DNA of 64,000 nucleotides, taken from Lophium mytilinum. Taxonomy: Eukaryota. Below are positions 32,588 to 45,526 of this stretch, piece by piece. The stretch lies in the NCBI GenBank assembly GCA_010093605.1, contig MU004185.1, forward strand, positions 2,067,334-2,131,333, written 5' to 3'. Position 1 is the stretch's first letter, and each line of letters starts with the position of its first letter. The notes beneath the pieces are model-generated. The model did no database searches, was not told the DNA's origin, and was given only the letters and a program-made list of their open reading frames with translations. The translations under genes and the position numbers were made by a program.

Positions 32588-33266
32588 CCTCAGCTCCCCG
32601 CCCTCGTCACACCTGTGTATCTCCACCTTGAATATCAGAACGATAGCAAGGACAGCCCTGTTCGCCGGACTTGCGCTAGAAAATGGTTAGAAGCTTCCAT
32701 GCATGTCGCGCAATCAATGGCTGCCGGGTGAGCTGAGCCTCCGCGCACAGACCTGTTTCCGTAACGTGCATTCACCCCCTCCAGCTTGGGCACATGCCCA
32801 CCTCCACCACGCGCGCCGCTGGGACCAAATCATATCAATACGGGTATCGGTATCTCTTCCGCGAGCGCGTTCCGTCATACGGCGCAGCAGCTTCGAATAG
32901 GGTATTTTCCGAGGCACTATTAGCTATTCCGTTGCCTCGATATATTACGTGTGGCAAGGCATAGTCTCGATCCCTATTCTAGAAGGAGTATCAGTATGAT
33001 GGTACGTAGCGTCTTACCTTCCGATAAGATAAGCCAGGAGCAGAAGTCGTGTGCCTTAAACGGGATTCTGATGCCTTGCTCAAGAATATTGTTTGGTGAA
33101 GATCCGGATGGTGAGATTGCTCCTATGGCAAGCGGACGTTACTAGAGGGTGGGCAGCTCAGGCCTTCGGGACGTGACTGAGGGTTGACATATTCTAGAGA
33201 ATTTCAAAGTCATTGGTGCTTCACTGAGACTATCTAGCTATCGGTTTGTGTAGTGATCGCTTCGCT

Positions 33267-34496
33267 CTACAGATACAGAAGACAAGTGATTGGTAGGTAG
33301 GGCAAACCGTAGACATCCCTTTCCTTGTATCCATTCTGATCCTCGTCCTCATGCCACTCCATCTCCAACTCTATCAGCTCATCCCACTCCTGCCAGCGGC
33401 AGAATCCGATTCCAAGCCAGCGCAGCACTTCTCCAGCCCGTTCGATCGAGACTGTCGCATCTCCGACTCCTTTGTAAATGAGCTTGACCGAGTTGGTTGC
33501 CTTTGAGGTCGGCTCGATGACGGCGAACCAGTCGGGGTGGACATTGAGTTCCTGGGCGACCTGGGCGTGAGCTTCGAGGAGGTCGTTGATGGTTTTATGG
33601 TCTCCTCCGCCGTTGCCAGCGTCAGCACAGATGCGAGGGCCGTAGTTCTCACGCCTAGAGTTGAGACCGTGATTTATAGCTGTGAGGATGCTAGTGAGCT
33701 CGTCATGCTTGTCGTCGTGATCGTCGCCGGTGAGGTTGTAGCAGGCGAACTTTGCTTCGGGCTTGTCGCTGTACTGGCGCATCTTCTCGTCGCTCCAGTC
33801 CGCCCTATCCATCCATGTATACCAGTCCGCGCAGCCGTTGTTGTCGGTCACCTCGCACCATCCCATCGCGCGATCCAGGTCCACTCGCATCGCGTCTGGG
33901 AACCCGTTGTAGCTGTTGTTGACAAGGAGAAGATCTTGGTTGTGAATCGAATAGGCACTCCGGCGCTTGTTGTCCCCATCTGGAACTAGCTTCACCAGTA
34001 AGTTAGTATCGAAACGTCAAATCAAGAAGCGACCGTGCTTACTTCGGGTGGAGGGGCGGTTGGCCACTGAGGTCTATCGATGACAATGAAGAGCTCCTCG
34101 TCACTGAGAATGCGTGTTAGTGTAGTTCTCCCTAACAACGAGGCAGATGGCGAGGGAGAGAGAAGCGCGGGGTTACAAGGAGGGGGGGTGGTGGATAGCT
34201 GGATGCACAACGAAGCATGGACAGGATACTTACGGTTGGCATGAGGCAGGATACCGGCTCCGAAAATGACGAATAATGGCAGCGACGGGGCCTCCGATGA
34301 AGTCGCTCACATTCTTGACTAGCTTGAACTCGCTATCAAACGGTTCATCATCGTTGAAATCCACGCAAGCCCTTCGCGTGGCATCCCTATCCGCAACCTC
34401 GAAAGCCTCTGCGACAGCGAGAGGGTTTACCTCCACCGTTGCATAGATGAAGAATCCTCCTAGATCGTCGCTAGAGCTCTCGGTCGCCATGCTCAT
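33267..34496 (-). CDS. Hypothetical protein, probably 3 exons
   Basis: An 88-aa ORF ends at a GTAAGT donor, followed by a short middle exon (DEELFIVIDRPQWPTAPPPE) and a 242-aa terminal ORF with globular composition. No family recognised. Confidence 0.55.
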
Positions 34497-34757
34497 GTAG
34501 TCGAGATAATGGTTACCGAGGACGACGGTGATGTCGTTTGTTAATGAAGAGTTTGAGTCGAGTTGCAGCCGGTGGACGAAGTTTGTGGAGTGTAGAAGGA
34601 TATCAATGCTTTCCTTTTTCGCTATTCACCAACCGGCCACGACTGGATTGACATTGAATGGCGACAGCCAAGTCTGAGTGTCAGAGACTGATTGATCGTT
34701 CTTCTTCGAAGACCTGTAACATGACAAGTTCCTTCAATGAAAAAAAAAGGCTGAAGC

Positions 34758-35044
34758 CAAAAGCCCACTGAAGTCGGACGCCCACTGAAGGCAAAGCCCA
34801 CCGGAGCCTAGAGTCAAAGCCCACTGAAGTCAAAGCCCACTGGAGTCAAAAGCCCACTGGTGTCAAAGCCCACTGAAGTCAAAAGCCCACTGGAGTCAAA
34901 AGCCCACTGAAGTCAAAAGCCCACTGGAGTCAAAAGCCCACTGAAGTCACAGTCCACTGGAGTCGAAAGCCCACTGATGTCAAACCCCACTGGAGTCAAA
35001 AGCCCACCAAAGCCGAAGCCCACTGATCTCAAAAACCCACTGGC
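34758..35044. repeat. Minisatellite, 16/17-bp unit (A)AAAGCCCACTG(A/G)AGTC, ~17 copies
   Basis: Counted by eye; GA and GG variants alternate in the core. Confidence 0.93.
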
Positions 35045-37047
35045 AAGTAATCTTCCCCCGGCCGTCACAGCCTGGGTAGAAGAACCCCTTCGGGATGCCA
35101 CTCCCGTTGTGGTATACTGTGTACTCAAGCGGCGTCGGACGCGAATACAGTCCTCTCACACCCGACCTTGACGCCATCGACCCAGAACACCGCAGCATAC
35201 AGCGCAAGGCCGCCCTTTGGGCCGTTACAGCCCTCCGGATATACCCCTTCCTCGGCAGGACGATGATGCGTCATCAGTTGAGGTCTGGATGGAGCTTACA
35301 TCTTGGCCTCAAGAGCGAGGCCGAGCAAGCCCAAATGGGCGCTCACAAACGAGGTTGCGACCCACGCCGCCACCCACTGATCGTCAAGTGCTGTCGAAAG
35401 TCAACGTTAGCAAGGCTGCGGCATGAACTTTCGGCTAGAAGATAGAAGTTTGTGAAGAGTTTGCGGCGAGCAAGAAAACGTACCGGTGAGCTCTTCAGCT
35501 CCGACAAGCTTGCGTACTCCCCGCCGAGCAGCCCAGTTAACAGTTGGCAGGACAATGTAGAGCATGAAGTGTTTTAAAGTCATATTTTCATAGACAAGGG
35601 AAATGAGAGGCGACATCTTCGTTTGTCAATCAAGGTGAAGAAAGAAGAAGAAGAGAAGAGAAGGCTTTGCGATCTGGAGTAGGCAAGAATTTACGCCCCA
35701 CTTGCTTGAAATCAGAAAGAGCGTTGCGACGATGAGTCGATTGCCGACAACTCAAGGAAGGAGCAGCAGGCTTCTTTCCTCCGCGTGGACCGACGTACCT
35801 TTGCGGCATTGGAACGAGAACTCCGTAGTTCGCGCCGAAAGCAATTCGATGGTTTGTAGGTCGTGATAATGATAGCCATGCATGTCCTCCTGGAGTCCTG
35901 CCCATGGAGAAAAGTCTTGGGGAACCAAGAGCCTCATGGGAAAGAAACATGTGTGGAAACTGCTCCCTAGGTACAATTCGTGACGTCTATCTTGTCCAAG
36001 ATAGGTGGGATGGGGATCAAACCTTGTCAATCTCATTTCGTTGACTACCCGTCTAAACTTCGTGAAGATATTTGACTAGTATATAGAAATTTGAAGTCTT
36101 GTAGAAACCCTCGTATTCCAGACGCGGTCTAGGTATAATCAACCGTAAATTAGAGCTTAGATCGGACACCGAGCAGCGAATGAGATCGATAAAAATGGGT
36201 AAGTTGACTGGTCTTTGTTAAGCTATGGGACCGTGGCAAAGCTCAACGATTGAGAGCGAGATTTTGCGCGGCGATGACGAAGTTCGGTGCTCTTCCGAAA
36301 GGGCACATTTCACTTCAGGTTTCTGATGTGCAGGCGTCGCGCCTACGGCTACCTTTATTGCAGCAGGATGCTGAAGGACACTTCTGAGCGTTTGAAGGAG
36401 ACATGTGAAGTCGGCTGTAGTAGGCGGCATGCCTCGGCCTCGTGATCGGAAGTCAAAAGATAACGACGTCTACATAGGTATGTACCACAACGGCGTCTGC
36501 ATATGTGAGTTTGCTAAGTGATGGCGAGGTGTCGACGAAATACGGTCTACTTGGCGCAGCGACGTCAACGCATTTAGAAGAGCAAAATAGAAGCAAAAAT
36601 ACAGCAATTAGGATCGAGCAGTCGAGTGCAAATGGATGCAAAACTACAGATTTAAAGAGACAAAGAGAGAGTCTGGGCGATATACAAGAGGACGGCAAGC
36701 TCGGACGTGGCATGAATGTACACCATACCTATGAAGGCAAAGAAGTGATGAAAATAACCCAATTAGCTTAGTGAGCCAACCATGTCATCATTGCGAATTG
36801 AATGCGTATATCTCAGATGAGCCGTCGCGGACTCAGACTCCCTGTTGGTGTACATTCAATGCTCGCAATTGTTGTGTGCCTCTTCATGGTTTCTTAACAC
36901 TGGAGATCGGGAGGCTCGTGACCTTACATCCTGAAAGACGACGGTCGAGTCTGAGTATGATGTTAGTAGGGTGTGCAGACGCGTCGGGGACAAGCTACCT
37001 ACTTACCTTCTTAGCGAATTGATTACTCGTTATCAATGTCAATTCTT

Positions 37048-37452
37048 TCACGCCTTCCAGTCTTCCCACTCATACCCTGGTGCGCGGTGACGGTCGAAAC
37101 ACACCAAGGCCCAAATAGCGATAGTCTGAGCGACTGTAATTGATAGCATGAACGCGGCTATCTTGATAGAATTTCGTCTAACCACGAAGACTACGAAGGC
37201 AGCCGAGATGATTGAATAGCAAGGCCCCATGATCAAGAGGAAAAACATTGAAGCCTGATACACTTGGAGGCGGGGTGGACCGGACGAGAAGAAGCCGATC
37301 CGATCGGGGATATGTAACGTCTGTGACTGAATGCGGTACCCATTCGTCGCAATCGCAAGGTGAATAGGGTTGAGGTGGTCGTTGACTATCTGGCCAGCAA
37401 AGACTCCCTTGGCGATCTCGATGATGATGCTACAGATCAGGTTGTAGAACAT
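37048..37452 (-). CDS. Small hypothetical membrane protein (2 predicted TM helices)
   Basis: Hydrophobic segments MFFLLIMGPCYSIISAAFVVFVV and IAAFMLSITVAQTIAIWALVCF; start and splicing uncertain. Confidence 0.35.
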   Translation of the reverse strand: MFYNLICSIIIEIAKGVFAGQIVNDHLNPIHLAIATNGYRIQSQTLHIPDRIGFFSSGPPRLQVYQASMFFLLIMGPCYSIISAAFVVFVVRRNSIKIAAFMLSITVAQTIAIWALVCFDRHRAPGYEWEDWKA

Positions 37453-37924
37453 GTTGGTGAAGATTTTCCGAGTATTAGTCGCTTTATTGCGCTGTCTGTG
37501 GAAGGAGATCTAAGTGTCGATGTGATCAATGATGAGGTGTCGAATGCGAGGCCAACCAAAGATCTCTGCCTCTCCAGTCGTTGATGGTGCGAGTATTCGG
37601 GGCGTGGGCGAACAGCAAGAAGGGTTTTCTGAACGGTGTGCGAAGAGTTTGTGCTGGTTCGGTTGGTTGGTAGGGCCACGTTGCGGTTCCCATGGCCCAC
37701 ATGAATTTAGATTTTAATCACCCAGAAGACAGTATTTTTGATGTGACTAGCAAAAAGCATAAGAACAAGAATCCTCTCAAGCTACCGAGGTTGACTGTTT
37801 TCAATCTTAGTGTAATATTCCGGTAGGTCTAGGATCCTGATTGTGCTCGTGTTAGTGACGGAGGCGCATTTGTATGTTTGCAGATTGACGGCTCCGACAT
37901 TTTAAAGTAGAGGAAACCCGGAAA

Positions 37925-39286
37925 CTAGGCCAAAAGAGGAGCGCAATCCTTCAGGTATGCATCCAACTCTTCCATCTTGATCTGCTTGACTGACTCGGAC
38001 TGCGCTTGTGTTTCCTTATCAAGGAATTGGAGACTGTCATCACCGTTGTCCAGAGCGTCCCAGTAGACGGCGTCGATATCGAAACTCTTTCTGATTCCGT
38101 AATCGAACCAGAAACGCTTCGTCTGCCACGAGTCACGCATCCTAGAAGAGAGTGGAATTGCACCGTGGTCCTTCTCAGTGGATGCTACTTTCGTTTCGAT
38201 TCGTTCTAAGACTCGTAGAAACAGCTCCATTTTGGGCTCATATGCGGCTAGGAATCTTTCCATCCCGTATCGCTCAAGCCACATGTCCGGCCCTAACAAG
38301 AGAAGCCAAGAGGGTGGATCGTACGAAAACTGGGCGGGCATTGCGTTTGTAAACTCAAAATCCAGGATGGCAGTGATCTCTAGGGTTTCTGGATTCACAA
38401 GCATGTTGGAGGGTTGCATGTCGTCACAGAAGACTTTGAATGGTCCGTTATCCTCTATGCAGAATTGTGGAATCAACTGTTTGAATCGATGGCGGGCAAT
38501 AAAGCGCCTTTGGGCGTCGTCTGAGTCATCGGCAATGTTCCGCTGGGTCTGGAAGTGGAGCATATGTTCGTCTGCGAGATGATGGAAATATTCGCTTGCA
38601 GACGTGAATGGCGCCGTAGGGAATTTGTCCACAGGATAGCCGGATACGACAGTCGCTAGCTCATTCATATTGTATGTGAATGGCCTCTCGGTAACAGCCC
38701 ATGTGTTGGAATCCGTGGTTTCTGAGATGGCTCCGATGGAAGCGAAGTCAAGCTTTAAGAACTGAACCAAATAGCCAGCAAGTTGCTCGTAGACAATTTC
38801 TAGTGTTGTGTCGGCAACTTCCGGATTCAATATCACTTCCTGTTGATCGTTCTCCGTCGGTTTCTTCAAAATACTCGCTAGACTTTTCCCTTCAGTAAAC
38901 TCCATGATGATGAATGGCCCCAATTGGTTCGGGCTCTCTTGCGTCAATCCCCAGGACGTCACACGAGGGACTGGAACTGTGGTGTTTTGGGCAAGGTACT
39001 TCAGGACTTGAACCTCATTCTTGACCTTTTCTTCTCTCAAAGAGCTGGATACGTGTCCTGGTTTAGGGAACCGAATAACGGCAGCTGGTCCGCCATCGTC
39101 GAAGCTGACGACTAAGCTGAGGTTGAAGGAGCCCTTGAGGTAGCGGACAAATTCTCCAGGCTTCTCTCCCTCTCTGCGATCTGTGACAAATTTGACAATT
39201 TCATGCTTTGCATCGAGTACCTCTTTTAGCCATGCATGCCATTCATTATCGCCCTCAATCTCAGCGATAAGGTCGAAAACGGTCAT
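37925..39286 (-). CDS. APH/choline-kinase-like phosphotransferase family protein, intronless
   Basis: KGSFNLSL, VIRFPKPG, EVQVL, PVPRV, GPFIIMEFTEG, CDDMQPSNMLV (catalytic loop), ILDFEF. Confidence 0.85.
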   Translation of the reverse strand: MTVFDLIAEIEGDNEWHAWLKEVLDAKHEIVKFVTDRREGEKPGEFVRYLKGSFNLSLVVSFDDGGPAAVIRFPKPGHVSSSLREEKVKNEVQVLKYLAQNTTVPVPRVTSWGLTQESPNQLGPFIIMEFTEGKSLASILKKPTENDQQEVILNPEVADTTLEIVYEQLAGYLVQFLKLDFASIGAISETTDSNTWAVTERPFTYNMNELATVVSGYPVDKFPTAPFTSASEYFHHLADEHMLHFQTQRNIADDSDDAQRRFIARHRFKQLIPQFCIEDNGPFKVFCDDMQPSNMLVNPETLEITAILDFEFTNAMPAQFSYDPPSWLLLLGPDMWLERYGMERFLAAYEPKMELFLRVLERIETKVASTEKDHGAIPLSSRMRDSWQTKRFWFDYGIRKSFDIDAVYWDALDNGDDSLQFLDKETQAQSESVKQIKMEELDAYLKDCAPLLA

Positions 39287-40005
39287 TCTTGCGTCGGAAA
39301 AGTCCAGAGACGAATCGCTTAACGAGAAAGATGTCCAGAAGGTACAGAATGGAGTATGTGGTGAGTGGAGATGATAGGGAGGCTCGGTATGGTTAGGTGG
39401 AGCTGCTAGCTATTGGTTGATCGTCGGACGAGGTGAACAGAATAGGAGGTCTTAATGTGCTAACGGAGGTTAAGTAGGAAAGAAAACATTGCATTCTCGA
39501 TGGACAGGAAAGTGCGACTACTGATATTCGGTGAAGCTCCTTTACTGAACATGACAGGAAGAGGGTGAGGGAAAAGACTGAGGAAAAAGTCGGGGGTGCT
39601 TTTTTGGGCTGGGAAATGGGCATTTGGGTCCGTTTCATGGTTTTTGAAACTAAATCCATGTCTTGAATGGCATCTATGGCAGCGCTGCTACAAAGGTACA
39701 TACAGTTTGAGATTGAGCACAGAAGATAGATGGAGCATATCATGTTCTGTAGATAAGAGGAGGATGAGGAGAAGGCCATGGAGGCTGACGAAGAGCTGAA
39801 GTCTGATCAGTGTCCGTGCGCTCTCATAGATCGACAAGGCAACCTTTGCCTTGCAAGCCTCATCGCCTAGACATCGAGCGACCTTGCGGGGTCTTCTTTG
39901 CATGCTCTCAGGTTTGTCGAAAGATTATCTATCACGAATCAACTTGTGTATTTCTTCCAACCTGTAGCCTTTCCTCAAGTCGCTAGTACGCTTGATCATC
40001 CAGTC

Positions 40006-42088
40006 ATGGAAACCTCGCAGCCCCTTATTTCTTACAGTTACGATCTTCCTCCTCCAAAGGCAACATGCAGATACTGCAGCCTCCTAGAACCCATCGAAAG
40101 AGAATCAGAACTCTGTGATTTTGGGCATGAGTGGTTTCGTTTCGACCACCACTTTTCGCTTTCGGCCTTTCAACAATCCTGCCTCACATGTCCGGTCTGC
40201 AAATTACGACTTAATCAATTCGTGTCTCATAATGGCGAAGGAGCTGCCCATGATCTTAGTGATCATACATCCGATGACCAACAGCTCTCTCGCCAGGTTT
40301 CTGGCAAGCGAACAGGTTACCGGCTGCTTGACAATATTTTCGGCTTCACCTGTCCAAGCCCTATCTATGTCAGCTTTGACTTGGTTCAATATTTGAGGCC
40401 AAGTTTCGTTTTCTCGCCAATTGCAGGTTAGTAAAGTGCCTTTGTTTACATATAAGGGCTTGGTGAACGATAGCAAAACGCTTTATATTACTAGCAATTG
40501 ACGAATAGCATAACACTAATAGCGATACATCAGACACTGTGAGTCAAAGACTCATCTGGAAGAACTGCAGGGCATTTTCGACCGCTGAAAGCCTCGGCGT
40601 TGTCTCTCAATGGCTTGACGAGTGCGAGTCTGCTCACGAGCTATGTAGGCCTAATTCATTTTGTGTGCCCACGAGACTTATTGACGTAGGACCCAGCAAT
40701 GGGTCCACCGAACCTCGATTGCTAGAGCCGAACAAGCCCTGCTCTATGGAGAGCTTCAATTATACAGCTCTCAGTCATTGCTGGGGCCGTGCAGGTCAGC
40801 CATCTAGAACCACGCTTTCGACGTTTTCGGGGCATCTAGACTGCATACCCATGAGCAGTCTCACGAAGACATACCAAGACGCTGTCTCTATAACTCGGGG
40901 TCTCAAGATACGTTTTCTCTGGATCGATAGCTTGTAAGTGAACAGCGTCAAATTAGTAGAGTTCACTACTCAATGCTCCACAGGTGCATAATCCAAGACG
41001 ATGAAAAGGACTGGCAACATGAGTCATCCCTCATGGAATCGATATATGCCAACTCCTTCCTAACAATCGCTGCTACCGCTTCTGCAGATGGTTCCGGGGG
41101 GTGTTTTCAGACCGTCCGGCCGTCCATTCCGGTGGAAGTCAAAAGCTCAATCTTTGGGCAAGATGACTCAAACCGCCAAACCCATCAGGTATATCTGAGG
41201 CCCCAAACAACTCATGAAGACCTAATATCAAAATCGCCTCTCTTTCGGAGGGCTTGGACTCTTCAAGAAACAGTGCTCTCTAGGCGGACGGTGCACTTCA
41301 CACATAATCAGTTGTACTGGCAATGCAGAACTCTTTCCGCCTCCGAAGATGGAAGTATCTATAGGGGTAGCGAGCACACTCTTCCTGTATCGACATTTGG
41401 AGCGGCCCCAGGGGAGATTTGGAAGAACTGGGTTGAGGATTACAGCAACCGTGAATTATCGAACCGAGCTGATAAACTTGCTGCTCTGGCCGGCCTCACC
41501 AAATTATACGCGAAGGAAACTGGGGAAATACCCCTGGTAGGGATTTGGGAGAGCCAATTGCATGTATGGCTCTCATGGTATCGTTCAGAACATGGAGACC
41601 AGACCAGATCATTTGAAAGGATTGCTGGCATTCCTTCTTGGTCCTGGGCATCACTAGATGGGCCAGTCTCAATATTCGAGACACCGGCCTTATCTCGTGA
41701 AGTCTCTGACTTTGAGCTTATCTCCACATCTCTACAATGGTCTGGGGAGCCCCTGACATCAACGCTAGTAGACGCTAGACTCGTTCTTCGCGCGAAACTT
41801 CTCCAGGCTGAGATTGAAGGGACCGGCATACTGTATTTGCAAGGTACAGGTGACAACTATCTTGGATGGATTGTCTACCTTGACTCTCCTAGCTGTCAGG
41901 TTCCCAGGAAGATCTCGTGTCTCTTGCTCAGTACAAGAGGGGGCCCGGCAACGTTTCTGCTTGTGTTGTCCGTTGAGCCAGACTGCAACGTATTCCGCCG
42001 CGTCGGCTTAGCAATTCTTCACCCTGTCGATGAATTCATCTCAATCGAGCTGCAAAATGCGACGATGGAGGTAGTTACACTCATTTGA
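40006..42088 (+). CDS. HET (heterokaryon incompatibility) domain protein
   Basis: WLDECESAHELC, PTRLIDVG, YTALSHCWG, KTYQDAVSITRGLKIRFLWIDSL/CIIQDDEKDW..ESSLMESIYANSFLTIAA, PLFRRAWTLQETVLSRR, PSWSWAS. Introns at ~40428-40533 and ~40934-40984. Confidence 0.92.
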
Positions 42089-43156
42089 TGGACATGTTTA
42101 CAGGATGCTATCGAAACGCCCTGGCACCTGCTGTAAAGATACCAAAGCCAGCACAAAGTATTTAAGCTAGAAAGTACTTTATCTCTAGGTCGTTATTGCT
42201 GGGCTGGTCACCTCTTTTGTCGAGTGCCGTGTTTCCCCAATTCGCAATCGTATACTAGGTTTCTGTTCGCAAAATACGATTGATCAATTCACATAGTCCA
42301 CGCAAGCTGTCAATCATATCAAGAAGACTTTTGCGCAGTACAAGGAAACTCAATACTGCTAGCATCTCAGAGTCCCACACCGGGCACTTGCCGAACGGAA
42401 TGCTAGACACTTATTCAAGCTTTACTTTCGCCGAGGTCTCAAACCGTCACTAAGTTTGGGAAGACGACCCGTCATATTAAACTGAACGAGACAAACTCGT
42501 TTTGGTAGGTTGCTGACACTAGCTACGGTACTGCTTGAGGGATCTATACTTGAAACTTAGGTATGACAGATGTTGTAATGCTTGAGCTCACTTGACACGC
42601 TGTAATATGCCACTATCTTGAAGATTGAATAGTACGGTTTTGTGCGCATTTCGCGGCCACTTCTGGTAAAAGGCAAGAAATGGGGTTGTACAAGGCGTCG
42701 CACCGTATAACCGGATATTGCGAACATAAAAGCATTATGTACCCGAGTATTTCTCGGTCATGTCAAGGAGTAAGGGTCTTGAATCAGGATAGGGGTGATT
42801 TCACTACCTTCGGTGCTGAAAACGCTCCTCTCTTCATGTTGGGCGCTGTGCGTCTTTGATTTGCATACGCGATGGCGGCGTCTGAGGTGCCTCCGGGCCT
42901 CGAGCACCTTCTAAGCACGTTGTAAAGTACTAGAGGTTGTAGATTGGACGGGATACGGTTTTGCTCATAGGGTGACCTTTAACATAAGCGAATACCGTCT
43001 AACATCTGCTGTTCATGAAGATGACTAATATGCCAACCCGCCGCCTCTATAACAAAAGCGGCAAATGCTGCTTCCAGAACGCCGGCCTTCCACCTGTGGA
43101 TACTCATCTCCTTCTTTATACAAGCCAGAACGCCTTGAACCCAAGGACACTCTCGC

Positions 43157-44343
43157 TCACTTCCTGCCCACCACGGCCTCTTCCTCGTCTTCGTGGCCCC
43201 TCATGAATACATCGTCGGGATCGTCGTCTAGATCTGTATCGCTGAGGTCGTCGTGATACTCTGCCGGTCTTAGACTGATATCGTCATCTTCTTCCCGTAA
43301 TGTCTCAGCAGCCTCTAGCGCATCTGGGTCATCCGCGTATTCGTTCTCAAGATCTTCGACAGATGCCCGCCTTACGCCCGCGCGTTCTTCAGCTTCGAGC
43401 TCAGCAGCACGCTGCTTTGTCTTGCTGTACATGAACCAGCCTGTGACAACGCCTGCTACAGCACCGATGAGGATGCTGATGTAGCTGATTGCTTTCGTCT
43501 TGGGGTCCATCTTGCCGCCGCTCTCGGCAATTTTGTCGAGTTGGGCGCCGATGAAGATGTGGAGCATGAGCTTTGGGCTGACGATCGTCGTAGCGGCGGC
43601 AAAGGAGGCCCAGTGTACGGTCGGGAAGGTCGCAATGGCGCCGTTGGAGAGGGAGTATGGGAGCGGACATAACCGGATCATGATGAGGAGCTTAAGTCCG
43701 TCGTGCTTTAATGTTAGGGCTAGGGCAGCGAAGCGCTTGTCGTTTGCGATGAGGCGGTGCACCCAGTCCTTCAGTAAGCTCCGGGAGAGGATGAAGGATA
43801 CTGTGCTACCGACGATGGTAGCGCTGGCCGCAATGAACCATCTGGACGCTGTTAATAGAGCTCAGTTTTACTGGTAAATGGAGGGAAAGCGTACCCATTC
43901 GGAAACCCATAAACGAAACCAGCGATTGTTAATAGTGAGGAATACCCTATGAGCGGCGGGAATGATACTATAAATATCATACTCCACAGAATGAGCCAGC
44001 CGGCGCGTACGTTCCGCCACTTCTTTGCCCACGGCGCAAGCACGCCAAATATACGTTCGTTGTACACGAGGAACAGTATACCGAGCACAATTACCACGAC
44101 ACCGCCAACGGAGACTAGTACTTTTTTCACTGGCGATAGGTTGTTGTAAGTCTGCATGGCCCGCCGATGTAGCTTCTCGCCATTCTTCCGGACTTTGGCC
44201 AGGAAGGTCGGCGGCCGCGTCGAGACTGAGTATGGGGAGTCATTTCGGCGGAAAGAGGCGGACCTCCGCGTCCAGGCAGGGCTGGGCGGAGGTTCGTCAA
44301 TAGGTAGGGCGAGGGCGCGGGCGTCGTAGTCGTCAGCAGGCAT
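43157..44343 (-). CDS. TVP38: Golgi SNARE-associated VTT/DedA-family membrane protein Tvp38
   Basis: GWLILWSMIFIVSFPPLIGYSSLLTIAGFVYGFPNG/W...DGLKLLIMIRLCPLPYSLSNGAIATFPTV; one intron at ~43842-43894. Confidence 0.88.
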
Positions 44344-45526
44344 CGTAGCTGTGTATTGTGTAGGTGGAATGCCGCCTCGGCGGAATGGCGCGGGACTACG
44401 AGAGAGAGGGCGGAGGGGCTCTTAGGAGGAGGTGAGGCTCGGGGAGAGAGGAGGTTGTCGAGGGGGTCATTCGGGTTGTGTCGTTGCTCGCAAAGGCGCA
44501 GAGGATGGGAGGAGGATTGGGGTGAGATGCGAAGTTGACGGTTGCAGATTGGCTGACGACGATGACATATGAAACAGCGCGCCGTCACAGGGCGGACGAG
44601 CCACAGCAGCTGCGCCACCCGCTTGCTGGGAGGACCCGTGGACGGCGACGGGAGCGGAGCGGAGCATCCCTTTGCAAGGCCCAAGGCGTGGAGATGGGGC
44701 GGAAACCCGGGGCGCTTATGGAGACTGTTCGCAGTGCTCAGAGGGTGGCTTCAGCAGCTATTCTGGTCTACGACAATAGAGTATTAAACGGTGAACTTGC
44801 AGTCTGCTGAGTGGTCTGTTCTGCGTGGTCTGGTATCGGTACAAAGGTAGCATGAATCGGCTGCGGCTCTTAAGAGGCATCTGATGGAACCATGATCCGG
44901 TGAAGCTTGAGCACCATCGAGGGCAGACAAGGCAATCTACCTATCCCACGTCGCCCCTGGAGGCATAATCCAAGGCTGTCGCTGTCGACACTAGAGACCA
45001 ATCACTGCTCTTGCCCGGCGTGGAGGAAGGCGACGCTGGCCTGGCTTCAGCTGCCTTCTCTCTGACGCCGAGCTCTATATATCCAGCTTACTCCGCCATA
45101 CACCCCCCGCCCTCACTTCACTCCCTCCATCACTGCCTCACCTCGCTCATTAAATCTCCGACACGGCTCCCATGTGAGCTTGTGCGCTGCCGCGTTGCTA
45201 AGCTTTGCAGCCACCCTGACCATTTGCAGATCGATCCATCCCCACACTCCCAGGAGACGCGCCTGCATGGCTAGAGCCTCCAACCCTTCACTTCAACGAC
45301 AACCTGCCTCCTAGCTCACCGACCCGTCAAATTTTCTCCTTACTTTGGCAGCCCCAGTGGCTAGTCATTCTTTGCTTCTTCCGACACCCTACTATCCTGC
45401 GACGTCGCCGATCGCACCCCCCTGACCTCATTCACACCTACCACACCGCACTCTCTCACCCTTGCGCCCTCACCAACAACTGGAGCGTGGATCAGCTCAC
45501 AACTTCATCTACCACGCCGCGTCACA

